Positions 46,715 to 59,900 of a stretch of 64,000 nt of DNA are shown here, in pieces; positions within the stretch are counted from its first letter, which is position 1, and every line of letters begins with the position of its first letter. The translations under genes and the position numbers were made by a program. The DNA comes from Macrostomum lignano. Lineage: Eukaryota. The notes below the pieces were generated by a model that made no database searches, was not told the DNA's origin, and worked only from the letters and a program-made list of their open reading frames with translations. The stretch is taken from contig NIVC01000522.1 in NCBI GenBank assembly GCA_002269645.1, positions 372,001 to 436,000 of the forward strand, given 5' to 3'.

Positions 46715-49700
46715 TCACAGCTGAAGTCTCTGAGGTGGGCCTCGAACCCTCAGTGGGTACCGCCGAGTAGTGCCCGGCTCGTGTCGCACGCCGCTCGCAT
46801 GCTCGTCGTCAGTGCCGGATGACGCCCCGCAGGCCGTGTCGGCGACGGCTGCGGCGTCAGCGCTTTGCACGCCGCTGTCACTCGGGGCGGCGCCGTCATC
46901 CGTAGCAGGCGGCGGATGGACGGTGTCGGCGGAGTCAGCGCGGGCTGCCACCAGCTGATCAGCGTGCCGGAAGTGCTGGCCTCGCTCCGAGTCAACTGTG
47001 TAGTTGCGGCTGCCGGCGCCCGTGACGACACCCTCAGCCCAGCGTGGCGTGTCGCCGGCTCTCGCGCCGGCGCTGTAGTCGCGGAGGAGGACGTGATCAC
47101 CCGGCTGAAACTCGCGCGCTGGTCTGCGTCCCTGCAGCTGCCGCTCTTGCCGCCGTTGGACGTCGTCAGCCAGCGACGGTGCCAGGAGGTCCAGGCGGCA
47201 GCGAAGCCGACGGCCGATGAGCAGCTGACTCGGGGCAGCGCCGCTGATGCTGCGTGGGGTGTTGCGGTAGCTGAGCAGCAGTCGCTGAAGCTCGACGTCG
47301 GAGTGGCCGCTCTTGAGCAGATGTCGCTTCAGGACTTGCACCAACCTCTCGGCCTGGCCGTTGTTGGCGGGATGAAACGGCGCCGAGAACACGTGACGAA
47401 TGCCGTTGGCCCGGGTAAACTCGGCGAACTCGGCGGAGGCGAACTGCGGCCCGTTGTCGGACACCAGGGTGCGCGGAATGCCTTGGCGCGCGAACATCTC
47501 CCGCAGTGCCGCGATGGTGGCCGTTGACGTTGTACCGCGCATCCGCTGGACCTCCGGCCACTTGCTATGAGCATCGACTACCACCAGGTATGTATGACCG
47601 TCGACCGGACCGGCAAAGTCGATGTGCAGGCGCTCCCACGGTTCGGATGGCAGAGGCCACGGTTGCACCGGCGCCTTGGGCGGATCGGGCTGGTTGAGCT
47701 GACAGGTGCGGCAGGACTTGGCCGCAGCTTCCAGATCGCCGTCGAGGCCGGGCCACCACACGTAGCTGCGAGCCAGGGCGCGCATTCTGCTGATGCCGGG
47801 ATGCGCCTGATGTAGCTCTTGGATCACGCGTCGACGCAGCGCTGTGGGCACAACGACCCTTGCGCCCCACAGGACACAGTCTTGGTCGACTGACAGCTCC
47901 GACTGCCGCCGGGCGAAGTCGCTCAGGTCGTCGCCGATGGGCGCGCCGGTCTGCAAGCAGCGAAGCACCCGACCGAGTGAGACGTCTGTCCTAGTGTGCC
48001 GCGCCACCGCCAGCGCCGTGATGGCCGATCCGGAGCCCTCGTCGAGCAGCAGCGAGTTGACGGCCGGCTCCTCCTCGAACAGGTGCGGCAGCGGCAGCCG
48101 CGAGAGCAAGTCGCAGTTGGCATGCTTTTCGGTCGGCCGGAACTCCAGCGTGTAGTCGTAGCTCGACAGCCGAATGGCCCAGCGCTGCATCCGGGCGGCC
48201 GCGTGTGCCGGAATGCCCTTGCGCTCGCCCAGCAGACCCAGCAGCGGCAGATGGTCGGTGACGATGGTGAACCACCGGCCATAGAGGAACTGGTGAAACC
48301 GGTGCAGACCAAACATGATGGCCAGCGCCTCCTTGTCCAGCTGGGAGTAGCCGCGCTGCGCTGCTGTTAGGCTGCGGCTGGCGAAGGCGACCGCGCAGTC
48401 CTTGTCGTCGATGCGGTGCGTCAAGACGACCCCCAGGCCGTAGGGAGAGGCGTCGCACTCTAATGGCAGCGGCAGATTCGGATTGTAGTGCACGAGAACC
48501 GGGGACTCGAGCAGCAGCCGCTTGGCCTCTGCAAATGCTTGTTGCTGCGGTGGCCCCCATGACCAGCGGGTGTTCTTGGCCAAGAGCTGGTGGAGCGGCG
48601 CCAGGACGGTAGACAAGTTGGGCAGGAACTTGCAGTACTGCGCTAGCATGCCCAGAAACGAGCGCAGCTGGCTGACGTCCTTGGGTGCTGGCACGTCCTG
48701 GACGGCGGCGACCCGGTCCGGCAGCGGCTTGAGTCCGCTGGCGTCGATCCGATGGCCGAGGTACTCAACAGAGTCTTCGAAGAATTTGCATTTCTCTTTG
48801 TTGAGCCGCAGGCCGGCGTCCTTCAAGCGCGGCAGGACCAGCGCCAGGTTCCTCTTGTGCTGTTGCAGGGTGCTGCCGGTGACCAGAATGTCGTCGACGA
48901 AGACTTGGACGGCATCCAGGGCTCCCAGCAGGGTGTCCAGGGTGCGTTGAAAGATCGCGCTGGCGCTCGTTATGCCGAATGGGAGGCGATTGACCTGGAA
49001 GAGGCCTCTGGGCGTGTTGATGGTGAGAAACGCCTTGCTGTCGTCGGCTAGAGGAAGCTGCAAGAAGGCGTTGGACAGATCGAGCTTGGTCCACTTGCAG
49101 CCGCCGCCGAGCTTGGCGAAGAGGTCCTCGATGCGGGGCAGCGGGTAGTGCTCCGGCTTGCTCGCCGCGTTGTATGTCAGCTTGTAGTCTCCGCAAATCC
49201 GAACGCTGCCGTCCTTCTTGACGACCGGCACGATCGGCGCAGCCCAGTCGCTGTGCTTCACGGCGGTGATGATGCCACTGGACTCCATGCGCTGCAGCTC
49301 GGCGTCGACGCGCTCGCGCAGCGCGTAGGGGACCGGCCGCGCCTTGAAGAACCTGGGCTGAGCGTCCTCGGAGACTTGAAGCCGCACCTGGCCGTGCCGG
49401 AACTCGCCTAGGCCGTCCTCGAAGACTGGTGCGAACTCCTTGACGATGCTGCCGATGTCTTCGGAGTCGTGGACGGCGTGAACCTGCGCCATGATGCTCG
49501 GCCAGTCTAGCCGCAGCTTGGCCAGCCAGTCGCGACCGAGCAGGGCCGTGTCGCCGTGCTTGACGATCAGCAGGGGCAACTGCAGCTGCTGACCATCTTG
49601 CTGAACGGAGACCCACGCTTGGCCGAGAGGGCGGAACTGCTCGTCGGTGAAGGTGCGTAGGACAGCAACGGACGGTGACATGGAGAGCCGCGGTAGAAGC

Positions 49701-50059
49701 ATGAACTGCAGAAACTCGGGCATCAGAGTGACGGCGGAGCCCGTATCGATGACGAACCGGCATGGCTGGCCATTGACTTGCAGCTGCACCGTCGGACCTG
49801 CGTTGCCACCAGCCGGCTGGACGGCAAAAATCGGCAGCTGCGCGGAGGCTTCCGGTGGTGGTGTCGGTGTCGCTTCTTGTAGAAAATGCAGCTTGGCTGA
49901 GCGACAGACCTTGCGAATATGGCCCGTCTTTTCGCACGCGTGGCATTTAGCGTCTCGCAGCTTACACTGCTGGCGACTGTGAGCACCGCCGCAGCTTGCA
50001 CAGGTGCCACTGCCGGTGTTGCCGCTGCTGCCGACTCCGCTTCTGCTGTTGATTGCCAC
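46715..50059 (-). CDS. pol: Gypsy pol: zinc knuckles, protease, RT, RNase H, integrase
   Basis: CASCGGAHSRQQC / CHACEKTGHIRKVC, IDTGS, FVDD, CDASPYG...EALAI...TDH, HQAHPG...CRTC, HIDFAG...SDNG...AERLV. Confidence 0.96.
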   Translation of the reverse strand: MAINSRSGVGSSGNTGSGTCASCGGAHSRQQCKLRDAKCHACEKTGHIRKVCRSAKLHFLQEATPTPPPEASAQLPIFAVQPAGGNAGPTVQLQVNGQPCRFVIDTGSAVTLMPEFLQFMLLPRLSMSPSVAVLRTFTDEQFRPLGQAWVSVQQDGQQLQLPLLIVKHGDTALLGRDWLAKLRLDWPSIMAQVHAVHDSEDIGSIVKEFAPVFEDGLGEFRHGQVRLQVSEDAQPRFFKARPVPYALRERVDAELQRMESSGIITAVKHSDWAAPIVPVVKKDGSVRICGDYKLTYNAASKPEHYPLPRIEDLFAKLGGGCKWTKLDLSNAFLQLPLADDSKAFLTINTPRGLFQVNRLPFGITSASAIFQRTLDTLLGALDAVQVFVDDILVTGSTLQQHKRNLALVLPRLKDAGLRLNKEKCKFFEDSVEYLGHRIDASGLKPLPDRVAAVQDVPAPKDVSQLRSFLGMLAQYCKFLPNLSTVLAPLHQLLAKNTRWSWGPPQQQAFAEAKRLLLESPVLVHYNPNLPLPLECDASPYGLGVVLTHRIDDKDCAVAFASRSLTAAQRGYSQLDKEALAIMFGLHRFHQFLYGRWFTIVTDHLPLLGLLGERKGIPAHAAARMQRWAIRLSSYDYTLEFRPTEKHANCDLLSRLPLPHLFEEEPAVNSLLLDEGSGSAITALAVARHTRTDVSLGRVLRCLQTGAPIGDDLSDFARRQSELSVDQDCVLWGARVVVPTALRRRVIQELHQAHPGISRMRALARSYVWWPGLDGDLEAAAKSCRTCQLNQPDPPKAPVQPWPLPSEPWERLHIDFAGPVDGHTYLVVVDAHSKWPEVQRMRGTTSTATIAALREMFARQGIPRTLVSDNGPQFASAEFAEFTRANGIRHVFSAPFHPANNGQAERLVQVLKRHLLKSGHSDVELQRLLLSYRNTPRSISGAAPSQLLIGRRLRCRLDLLAPSLADDVQRRQERQLQGRRPAREFQPGDHVLLRDYSAGARAGDTPRWAEGVVTGAGSRNYTVDSERGQHFRHADQLVAARADSADTVHPPPATDDGAAPSDSGVQSADAAAVADTACGASSGTDDEHASGVRHEPGTTRRYPLRVRGPPQRLQL

Positions 50060-50714
50060 CGCCCTTGCGCTGCTGCGAACCTTCGAGCGCTGGCTTGGGT
50101 CCTTGGCGCTTATTCAGCTGGTGAGCGCGCAGCTGGGCTACTTGTGCTGCTGACTTCTGCGCCATCTCCGATGATGACCGCTCCACTGCCTCGAGGGATA
50201 GAACTCTCTCCTGCAGCGAGTTGAAGGTGGGATTTTTCTCCTCCAGCAGCTTCGCTCGGTAGGCATCGCTGTGCAGGCCGAAAACCAGCTGGTCTCGCAG
50301 TCGCTCATCTAGAGTGCCGCCGAAGTGACAGTGCTCACACGGGGAAGCACTGAAATTGCAGTGACTTGACAAGGCCTTCAGGCTGGCAACGAACTCGGCA
50401 AGGCTCTCGCCAGGCTGCTGCAGGCGTCTTTGGAACCGAAATCTGGCTGCCAACTCGGACGGCTTTGGAGCGTAGTGGTCCTCCAGAATCTTGGTCAACT
50501 GGGCCAGAGACTTGTCGGAGACCTTGGCAGGTAGACACAGGTTTCTCAATACGGTATATGCCTCCTCACCGATGGCAGTGACGAGTGTGGCCACATTAGC
50601 TTCTTCCTTTACCTCCTTGCAGGTAAAGTAATGGTCGAGCCGTTCCAGCCAGACCTCAATGTTAGTATTGGCAGTTAGTATTGGAATTCCACCCAGCGCG
50701 GAGCTCGTCGCCAT
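49962..50714 (-). CDS. gag: Gypsy gag (capsid part)
   Basis: 250-aa ORF starting one base after the 5' LTR; WLERLDHYF, RFRFQRRLQQPGESLAEFVASL, LRDQLVFGL are typical Mag-like gag motifs. Confidence 0.9.
   Translation of the reverse strand: MATSSALGGIPILTANTNIEVWLERLDHYFTCKEVKEEANVATLVTAIGEEAYTVLRNLCLPAKVSDKSLAQLTKILEDHYAPKPSELAARFRFQRRLQQPGESLAEFVASLKALSSHCNFSASPCEHCHFGGTLDERLRDQLVFGLHSDAYRAKLLEEKNPTFNSLQERVLSLEAVERSSSEMAQKSAAQVAQLRAHQLNKRQGPKPALEGSQQRKGGGNQQQKRSRQQRQHRQWHLCKLRRCSQSPAV
50704..50713 (-). other. Primer binding site TGGCGACGAG
   Basis: One base after the 5' LTR; begins TGG (complement of tRNA CCA). Confidence 0.85.
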
Positions 50715-52124
<1,410 letters not shown>

Positions 52125-52453
52125 TGTAGTTAGAAAATGGAACCTCCATGGAAATGCAGTCGTCAAACTCAATCTTCCTATTATTTTGAGCACTAAGAAC
52201 GCTCTAAGCATGGCAGTCGTGGCCACATTCTACGAGCAATATTTCTATGGCCCAAAATCCCTATTTGTAAAGCGGCAGCTCTGAAAGTTCAAGTCTCAAA
52301 TTTGCTAGTAGCTTGTACAGTCTCAGCCGCTGGTTGACAAAAAAACATTACCATCTCGAGAAGTGAAATCAGAATTTGAGTTCAAGAGAAGCGTCAAACT
52401 CTGCTAGCAACTCTGCATTAGTCCAGAATCCACCCTGCATCAAATCGATCAAT

Positions 52454-55400
52454 ATGTCCAGAAACTCGGAAATGGGTGCCATCATGGACACCCAGTGGAA
52501 GTGCAGCAAAGAGATTGTTGGTCAGGAGACTACAGTGAACACTAACAGAGACGAGTGTCCCAGGAACTTTCTGAACATGCCGAAAATTATGCACCAAGGC
52601 TGGGACAACAAGTACGCCATCGGCGTGCCCGAAGGCTTCTTCGGTGCGAACCACTGCAACACCAAGTGGCTTCTGAACGTGATGGGCGACACGTCGGATT
52701 TCCGGCTGATGCGGATGCTGAAACAGGGACGCACGAGAATCATGTTTGAGACCGACCAGTACTACCAGCTGCTGGACCAGCCGTCCAAGTATCTCAAAGG
52801 CAACCTGCTGGAGCGGCCTATGTTTAACTGTGAGCTGTTCAACTCTTTGTGTCAAGAAGTGGATAAATGAGTACACATGGAATTTGGTAGATGGAGCAGT
52901 GGAGCAACTGAGTGGCAAACACGTCACAGCCATGAGGACCAACCCCCAAGGCACAGAGTGTACATCCCTGACGATTAGAAAACCACACACAAAAATAATT
53001 AGACGAATGAGTAGACGATTTTTTTTATTAGAGGCAGGGGGGTTGTGTGCACCCTGGCGCACTTTAAGCGACATAGGCACACAACCGGCGAGAGGAATTG
53101 CTGCCCATTCTGCCGACTCCCCTGAGCAGGCACACAAGCGCGCGGATACGTACGCAGGCACACACTCACACAGGAGTGTACAGCGGCCCTAACTTTATAT
53201 TATCGTTAGGCATGTACACTTCACTGCGCCTTGGGGGGTTGGCTCTCAAGGCCGTTAATTGCACGAGCAGAGCCAAGCCGAGATTCCAATTCAGCCCCAA
53301 ATTAATGTGACTGCACTTGGAATCGAGCCCGGGTCGCTGGCACACCAGAGCAGCTGCGCTAGACCGTAGACGATTGATAGAGGACAAGAAGCATCACTAA
53401 ACAATTGGGATTATTCAGTCCTTTTATCCCCTAATCCTCAGCCAAGGTTCTGCTATTTCTCAACCCGTTTGGCATCGCCATCTACCTGCGCTATTACAAC
53501 GCGCTGAAGATTATCGCCAAACAGCAGAAGTATCGCAAGCCCATGATCTACTACAACCAGAACAACTATGCCGCTTTCGTCAACGACACTTCAAGCGGAG
53601 ACGTTCTCGTGTTCCACTTTGATTACATCATTTTGAAGCGGGAGGCGTACGGAGCGATTCGTCACCTGCTGGCCATCAAGTGGTGCCCCGGCGACTCTTC
53701 CAAGCTGGTGTACCGGTGAGACAGGGGAAATTGCGGTCCTGTCTCGTCGTTATCTTCCCTGCAGACCACATCTTACACTGGAAGACTTGAGTTGTCTTTC
53801 TAAAGACTGTAGCTCTTGTTCTTAAGAGAAAGTTTCTCATCCTGAATACTCAGATTTCTCATCCTGAATGCTCAGATTTCTCATACTGAATACTCAGATT
53901 TCTCATATTGAATACTTAGATTTCTCATCCTGAATACTTAGATTTCTCATCCTGAATACTTAGATTTCTCATCCTGGATACTCAGATTTCTCATCCTGAA
54001 TACTCAGATTTCTCATCCTGAATACTCAGATTTCTCATATTGAATACTCAGATTTCTCATCCTGAATACTCAGATTTCTCATTCTGAATACTCAGATTTC
54101 TCATCCTGAAGTATCAGATTTCTCATATTGAATACTCAGATTTCTCATCCTGAATACTCAGATTTCTCATCCTGAATAATTAGATTTCTCATCCTCAATA
54201 CTCAGATTTCTCATCCTGAATAATCAGATTTCTCATCCTGAATACTCAGATTTCTCATTCTGAATACTCAGATTTCTCATCCTGAAGTATCAGATTTCTC
54301 ATATTGAATACTCAGATTTCTCATCCTGAATACTCAGATTTCTCATCCTGGATACTCAGATTTCTCATCCTGAATACTTAGATTTCTCATCCTGAATACT
54401 CAGATTTCTCATCCTGAAGAGACGCTGAATTTTTCCACTCGCTTTTTCATTTGCTTTCACACCTGGCAGACGGCGCTACTACCAGTACATCACGCCATTC
54501 CTCGACTGGGTGGACATCTGCCGCAACGTGATCAAACGCAAACCAAATCTGCAACTCTCTCGAATCACCCAAGAAATGGTCGACGCTCATTCGCCACAAT
54601 TCAAACTATTTGAACTCAAAGAGATGGGCCAGGTGATGCTGGAGTACTTTGAATTGAAGAAACTAACGCCGGAGAATTACCACGACGCCAACAACCATGG
54701 CATGTACGCCGGTCGGAAGCTTCTACACGACAAGGAGCCCTCGCTGCCCAGCGACTACGTGAAGGTGTTCGAGAACAAGCCCGCTAGACCTGTGATTCCT
54801 CACGCAGTGTCGGCTGCTCGCCGGTTCCTCATGTACACGTACTATTACGACTACGAGCACCTGACAACCCTGAGCCAGATTCTGTCCGTGACTGAGACAT
54901 TTCTGAAGAACCGCTATTTCAGCTGCAATCCGCGCTGCATCGAAGCTTCGTGGCACAAAGATCCTCTGCTGTTTCAAATCTACGACATTGTCAACATGCA
55001 GGTGCCAGAAGATCTCGAGGCCGATCAGGACTCGGAGAAGGCTAAAAAAGTTGTGCTGCGCGAGCAGATGTGGTCGGACATCGCCGCGAAGCCGCACATG
55101 AGCTGCTGGTTTCACCGGTTCGACATTCTCAACTGCGTCTCGCTGCTGTTCGGCGTGATGCAGAACTGCATTTTGAAAAACTTTCCCAGCATCATTATCG
55201 ATCGGATCTGTCGAATTTTAATCGACGTTCTGTCCAGCAGCGAGTTCATCGAGCCGCTGCTCAGCTACAGCTTCTACGACACGTTCTTCGGCCTGACCTG
55301 CTTAGCCAACTGTGTGCCCGGCCTGCAGTCCACAAGCGTGATGCGCGTGATGAAGAAGGCGCCGCTGGTGCTCACCAAGGTGTACTCAATTCCGCAGATC

Positions 55401-55862
55401 TCCGACATGTTCTCGCCGGGATTTTGGCGCCGGCGCGACGCCGTTAACGAGGATCGACCGGCCACGCTGGACGAAATTGGCGAATTCCTGGTGCAGCGGA
55501 AGCGCCTGATGTCCATGCGAATCATGACTGGCGAGGGCGGCGAGGGCATGTCCTGCACCTCGGCGATGGGCAACGCCGGGTCCATCATCATGTTCGCCAG
55601 GCAGACGGAGCGCATGGTGGAGGTGACCCAGGCCGAGGAGGAGACGGTTGACAGCAGCAAGTCTGACACGGTCAAGAAGGCGCAGGACGAGGCTCTGCAC
55701 ATCAAACGGTTCACTCGGCAGGAGATCGACTTCCGCTACTCGTGCGTCTTCGGCCAGACGTTCCGGTACGCTGTCGGGCGGCCGAAGCTCATTCTGGACG
55801 AGACGAAGACGCTCAGTCAGAACGAGAAGGAGAGCCGGGATGTGCCATCTCGGCTGCCATGA
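52454..55862 (+). CDS. Orphan protein, about 680 aa, three exons, no recognised domain
   Basis: Exons 52454-52829 (start uncertain), 53442-53715, 54470-55862 join in phase (T|CC, CG|A) with GTGAG donors and CAG acceptors; 2043 nt; GC3-rich codons. Confidence 0.75.
53021..53365 (-). mobile_element. SINE family A with 10-bp TSD
   Basis: GTAGACGATT at 53011-53020 and 53366-53375; T tract at the tail end. Confidence 0.9.
53840..54420. repeat. 22-bp minisatellite (TGAATACTCAGATTTCTCATCC)
   Basis: Intron 2 of the 680-aa orphan. Confidence 0.96.
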
Positions 55863-56891
55863 CACTGGCTTATTGTTATCTCAAAACTGGCATTTTTTCG
55901 TTTTTTACTGTCGCGCTCTCTTCGTACAAAACTTACAAAATTAGAAGTCGGATTTTGACTAAAAAAAGTTTTTCTTGCCGGTCAAAATATATGCGCAATT
56001 GATCCAACAGACTCTGGACCGCGTACCTTGGTGTAGTAGATGAAGCACTCTTTAAGTTTTGTGCTAGCCTACCTGATTATTTCATACTAACTGCAACCAT
56101 ATGCACCAAATTATGTTACAGTTCTAACAGGAAACAATGACAGGGTGAAAAAAACATGATGTGAAAGCGAATCAACCAGGCGTTGAAATCCTGCCAGCCT
56201 GTTAAAACTGTCTATGGTAGAAAGCCATAAAGCTGAAGTTGCTCGCACAGGATCGCTACGACAAAAAGAGAACAGTTTTAGCAGAAGACAACTACGTACG
56301 TGTACTACGTAGATAGCTAACGTTTAATTCCGTAATCTTCATATTCAAGTTTTTTTGGTGAATTTCAAACTAGAATTCACAATCAGTTCAATAGTCACGC
56401 ACCGCCATAGATCAGCGGATCAATCTCATATCTCAAATCTCAAATTCACCCTGCAAAATTTAGGCAAGTAGTTTGTTTATGAAGATATGTACTTTCAGCT
56501 CCAAAACAGATAGAAAGACGCATCTCAAACAATAAAGTTTGATCATCACATGACATGCACCGGCCTTACCGAGTCACGTGAGTATTCGAGAAAGAAACAA
56601 CCCGCAAGATCGAAATTCCGGATCGCTAATTGCGGAGGCGGGGCATGCATGAGTAATCGGGGTACAAAAGAAGAAAAACTAATGATCCCCACTATCAGTC
56701 CAACGAATTTCTCGATCATTAGTTGCTAAACTGGTAGGCAGTTTTCCAAACTGTCACCTCGTACATTCGCTCGGTCGCTTTGCTAACAACCGCGAATCTC
56801 TAACCTCAAGGAAAGTTGAAAGAAATAAACAATTAGGGAGATCTTTGCCGAGTTCCTAGTTTCCTTAGCTAGCTTAGGACTAATGAGCACG

Positions 56892-56905
56892 GTTTCCATG
56901 GTTAC
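56892..56905. promoter_or_regulatory. RFX X-box candidate GTAACCATGGAAAC (minus reading)
   Basis: 14/14 match to GTHNYYATRRNAAC, 85 bp upstream of the cyclase ATG. Confidence 0.55.
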
Positions 56906-56989
56906 AGAGGCTTATAAATGCTGGACACTTGAAAATCCTGTTTGTAAGTTGATCCTTGCTTCGCGTTATTCATCAGTGCAATTTAGACA

Positions 56990-59900
56990 ATGTACGGCCT
57001 GCTGCTTGAAGGCCTGCGCAACTTTGTCAAAGAGAACTATGGCGAAGATATGTGGCACTTCCTGGTGCGCAAGGCCAACCTCGAGGTCAAGAGCTTCTCT
57101 ACTCACGAGGTTTACAGCGAAACAATCATTCCTCGGATGGTTGACACCGCCTCGAAAAATCTCAACATCGATGCTGAAACACTAATCTACGCTAATGGAG
57201 CCTACTTCGTCTCCTACTTGTCCCAGTTCGGCTACGATGGCATCATGCGGGTCCTCGGGCGCAACCTGCGCGACTTTCTCAACGGACTTGACAACCTGCA
57301 CGAGTACCTGCGGATGAGCTACAAAAAGCTCAAGCCGCCGTCGTTCTTCTGCATGAACGAAAGTTCGACTGGCATCACCCTGCAGTACCGGACCAGACGG
57401 CAGGGGTACACTCCCTACGTGCAGGGCATGATCACGGAAATAGGCAAGATCTTTTATCAGACCAAGATTACCATCACCATCATTAGTTTAGAGGAGACGT
57501 CTGAGATGACCAACTGCATCATGCGACTGCACTTCAGCAACCTTGGATTCAAGGTAATCTCAGTTTTAGTATAAACGAGTAGAATTCATCCTTCGAAGGA
57601 GAAAGGGGAAGAACTCCCATCGTTAGAATTCTGAAATCTATCAGCTGAAATTCCATGACTTGAATCCCATTTTCCAAATCGTTTCCAAATCCTCTACAAA
57701 GCCTTTCAAATACCATATCTTGTTTTCCCTGTTTGCAAAAATGACTGCCATTGTCCAGACTCAGATTCTCCTGTCTTTTCTCTCCTCTTTGCTCTCTCTA
57801 TCATCTCTACTGTCTAATCTATCATCTCTCATCTCTCATCTCTGCTCTCTGCACTCCTCTCTTACACTCTTCTTTCCCCTCACTACTTTTCCTCTTAAAT
57901 CTCTTATCTCTGATCTTTCATCTCTCTTCACTCTCCTCTCTCTCTCCTCTCATCTCTACTCCTTACCTATCTCTTCTCCCTCATCTATCGTCTCTACTCT
58001 CCCCTGTCTCCTCTCTCCCCTGTTCTCTTCTCTCTCCCCTCTTCTCTTCTCTCTTGTCATCTCAAAAAAATTAAAATCATAATTTTTACATTCATGCGAT
58101 TGTAGAAGCTTCAAGACGACTTCCCGGTTCGTTCGGAGGTCTTCTTCGAAGTGTTTCCTTTCAACATCGTGTTCAATCGGGGCCTTGTCATCTCGGAGGT
58201 CGGCGACGGAATGCTCAACGCCCTGCCCGACATTGTTGGCAAGATGGTCAACGAAGCGTTTCTGCTCAACCGGCCTATGATCCCATTCACCTGGGATGCT
58301 GTAAGCCAGGCCGGTTTTTAGTCAGTAAGCTTAGCGACGGCATGCAGTAAAAATCAATTCTCCTTAATTAACGCCAGGTGATGCTACACACTAACAACGT
58401 GTTCGAAATTATGGCAATTCAAAAGATGGACCAGAAGGACCTCGAGGCGATTCGCCTTCTGATGGAAGAGAAGAAACGGAAGGGCAGCAGCGGTATGTCT
58501 GTTGCCATTTAGTTTGGGGAAGAACATTTCCAATTGACCGAATGCATCATTTTTTACCTGCCCTCTGTTGCTCTCCTGCAGGCGGCACAAGCCAGGAGAA
58601 CTACAAAAAAAGCCTGAGCTCCATCTCGGGCGCTCTGCGCCTCCGCGGCCAGATGAAGTACATGGAAGGCTGGGACGCGATCGTCTTCTTGGGCACGCCG
58701 CAGCTGCAGGACGTTGACACGATGCAGAAGGCTGGCCTGTTTGTCAACGACTTGAGCATGCACGACTCGTCCCGCGATATGGTGCTCGCCGGTGAGCAGC
58801 AGCAGGCTGAGCTCAAACTGGCTCTTCAACAGCAGGAAGAGAAGAGCAAGCGGTTTCAAGAGGCTTTGAAAAAACTTGACGAAGAGAGGAAACGCTCGGA
58901 TGAGCTGCTGTATCAGATGATCCCGAAACAGGTGAGAAAATGATTTTTCCCTTTGGTTGCACCTGCTTGTTTTATTAGAGGCAGGGGACTGTACTTCCCT
59001 CAGGAGTGTACAGCAGCCCTAACTTTACTCGTATTTATCGTTAGGCATGTACACTTCACTGTGAATTGGGGGTTCGCTCTCAAGGGTGTTAATTGTACAA
59101 GCAGAGCCAAGCCGAGATTCCAATTCAGCCCCGAATTAATGTGACTGCACTTGGAATCGAGCCTGGGCCGCTGGCACACCAGAGCGCCGCCTTGGACCAC
59201 TGGGCTACGGCCCCTCCCTCCTGATGTTGAGACATGGCACCTCTGCAAGTGACTTGCGACAATATTGCCATGAACTTTTCAGTTGGTAAACAATAAATTC
59301 AAATTTCAACAAACAGGTGGCAGACAAGATCCGCACGGACGGTTCCTCAGCCAACACCTGTTCAACATTCGAAGACGCCACAGTTCAATTTAGCGACGTC
59401 TGCGGCTTCAAAGACATCGCCAACTTGATCACACCAACCCAGGTGGTGGCTCTGCTTAACACAATTTATGCTTGCTTTGATGAGCTAACGGAGAAGCACA
59501 GAGTCTACAAGGTGGAGACTGTTAACGATGTGTACATGGTGGCTTCGGGAATTCCTACAGTTACCAAGTACCACGCTGCCATCATGGCGGAGATGGCGAT
59601 GGAGATGGTGGCGGCAGTAGTATCGATAGTTGACCCGTCGGACAGCAACAATCACATCAAGATTCGAGTTGGTGAGTTCAACTAATTTTTTAGGCAATCT
59701 AAGGGTGGTAGTCTAGTGGTTAGACCGTCAGACTCACGACTGAAAGGTCTGGGTTCAATTCTCGATCCACTTGGATCAATTTGTGTCTTTGAGCAAGACA
59801 CTCAACTCTGCATTGCTTGAGTTCACCCAGCTGTAAAATGGGTGCCAGGATTAGCTGGGGTATTTGAGGGTCTGTGTGGCGACCCCCCAGTCCTTGGACT

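Noticed and set aside
46750-50581. Many overlapping and antisense ORFs in the retroelement
   Set aside because: Shadow frames of GC-rich gag-pol.
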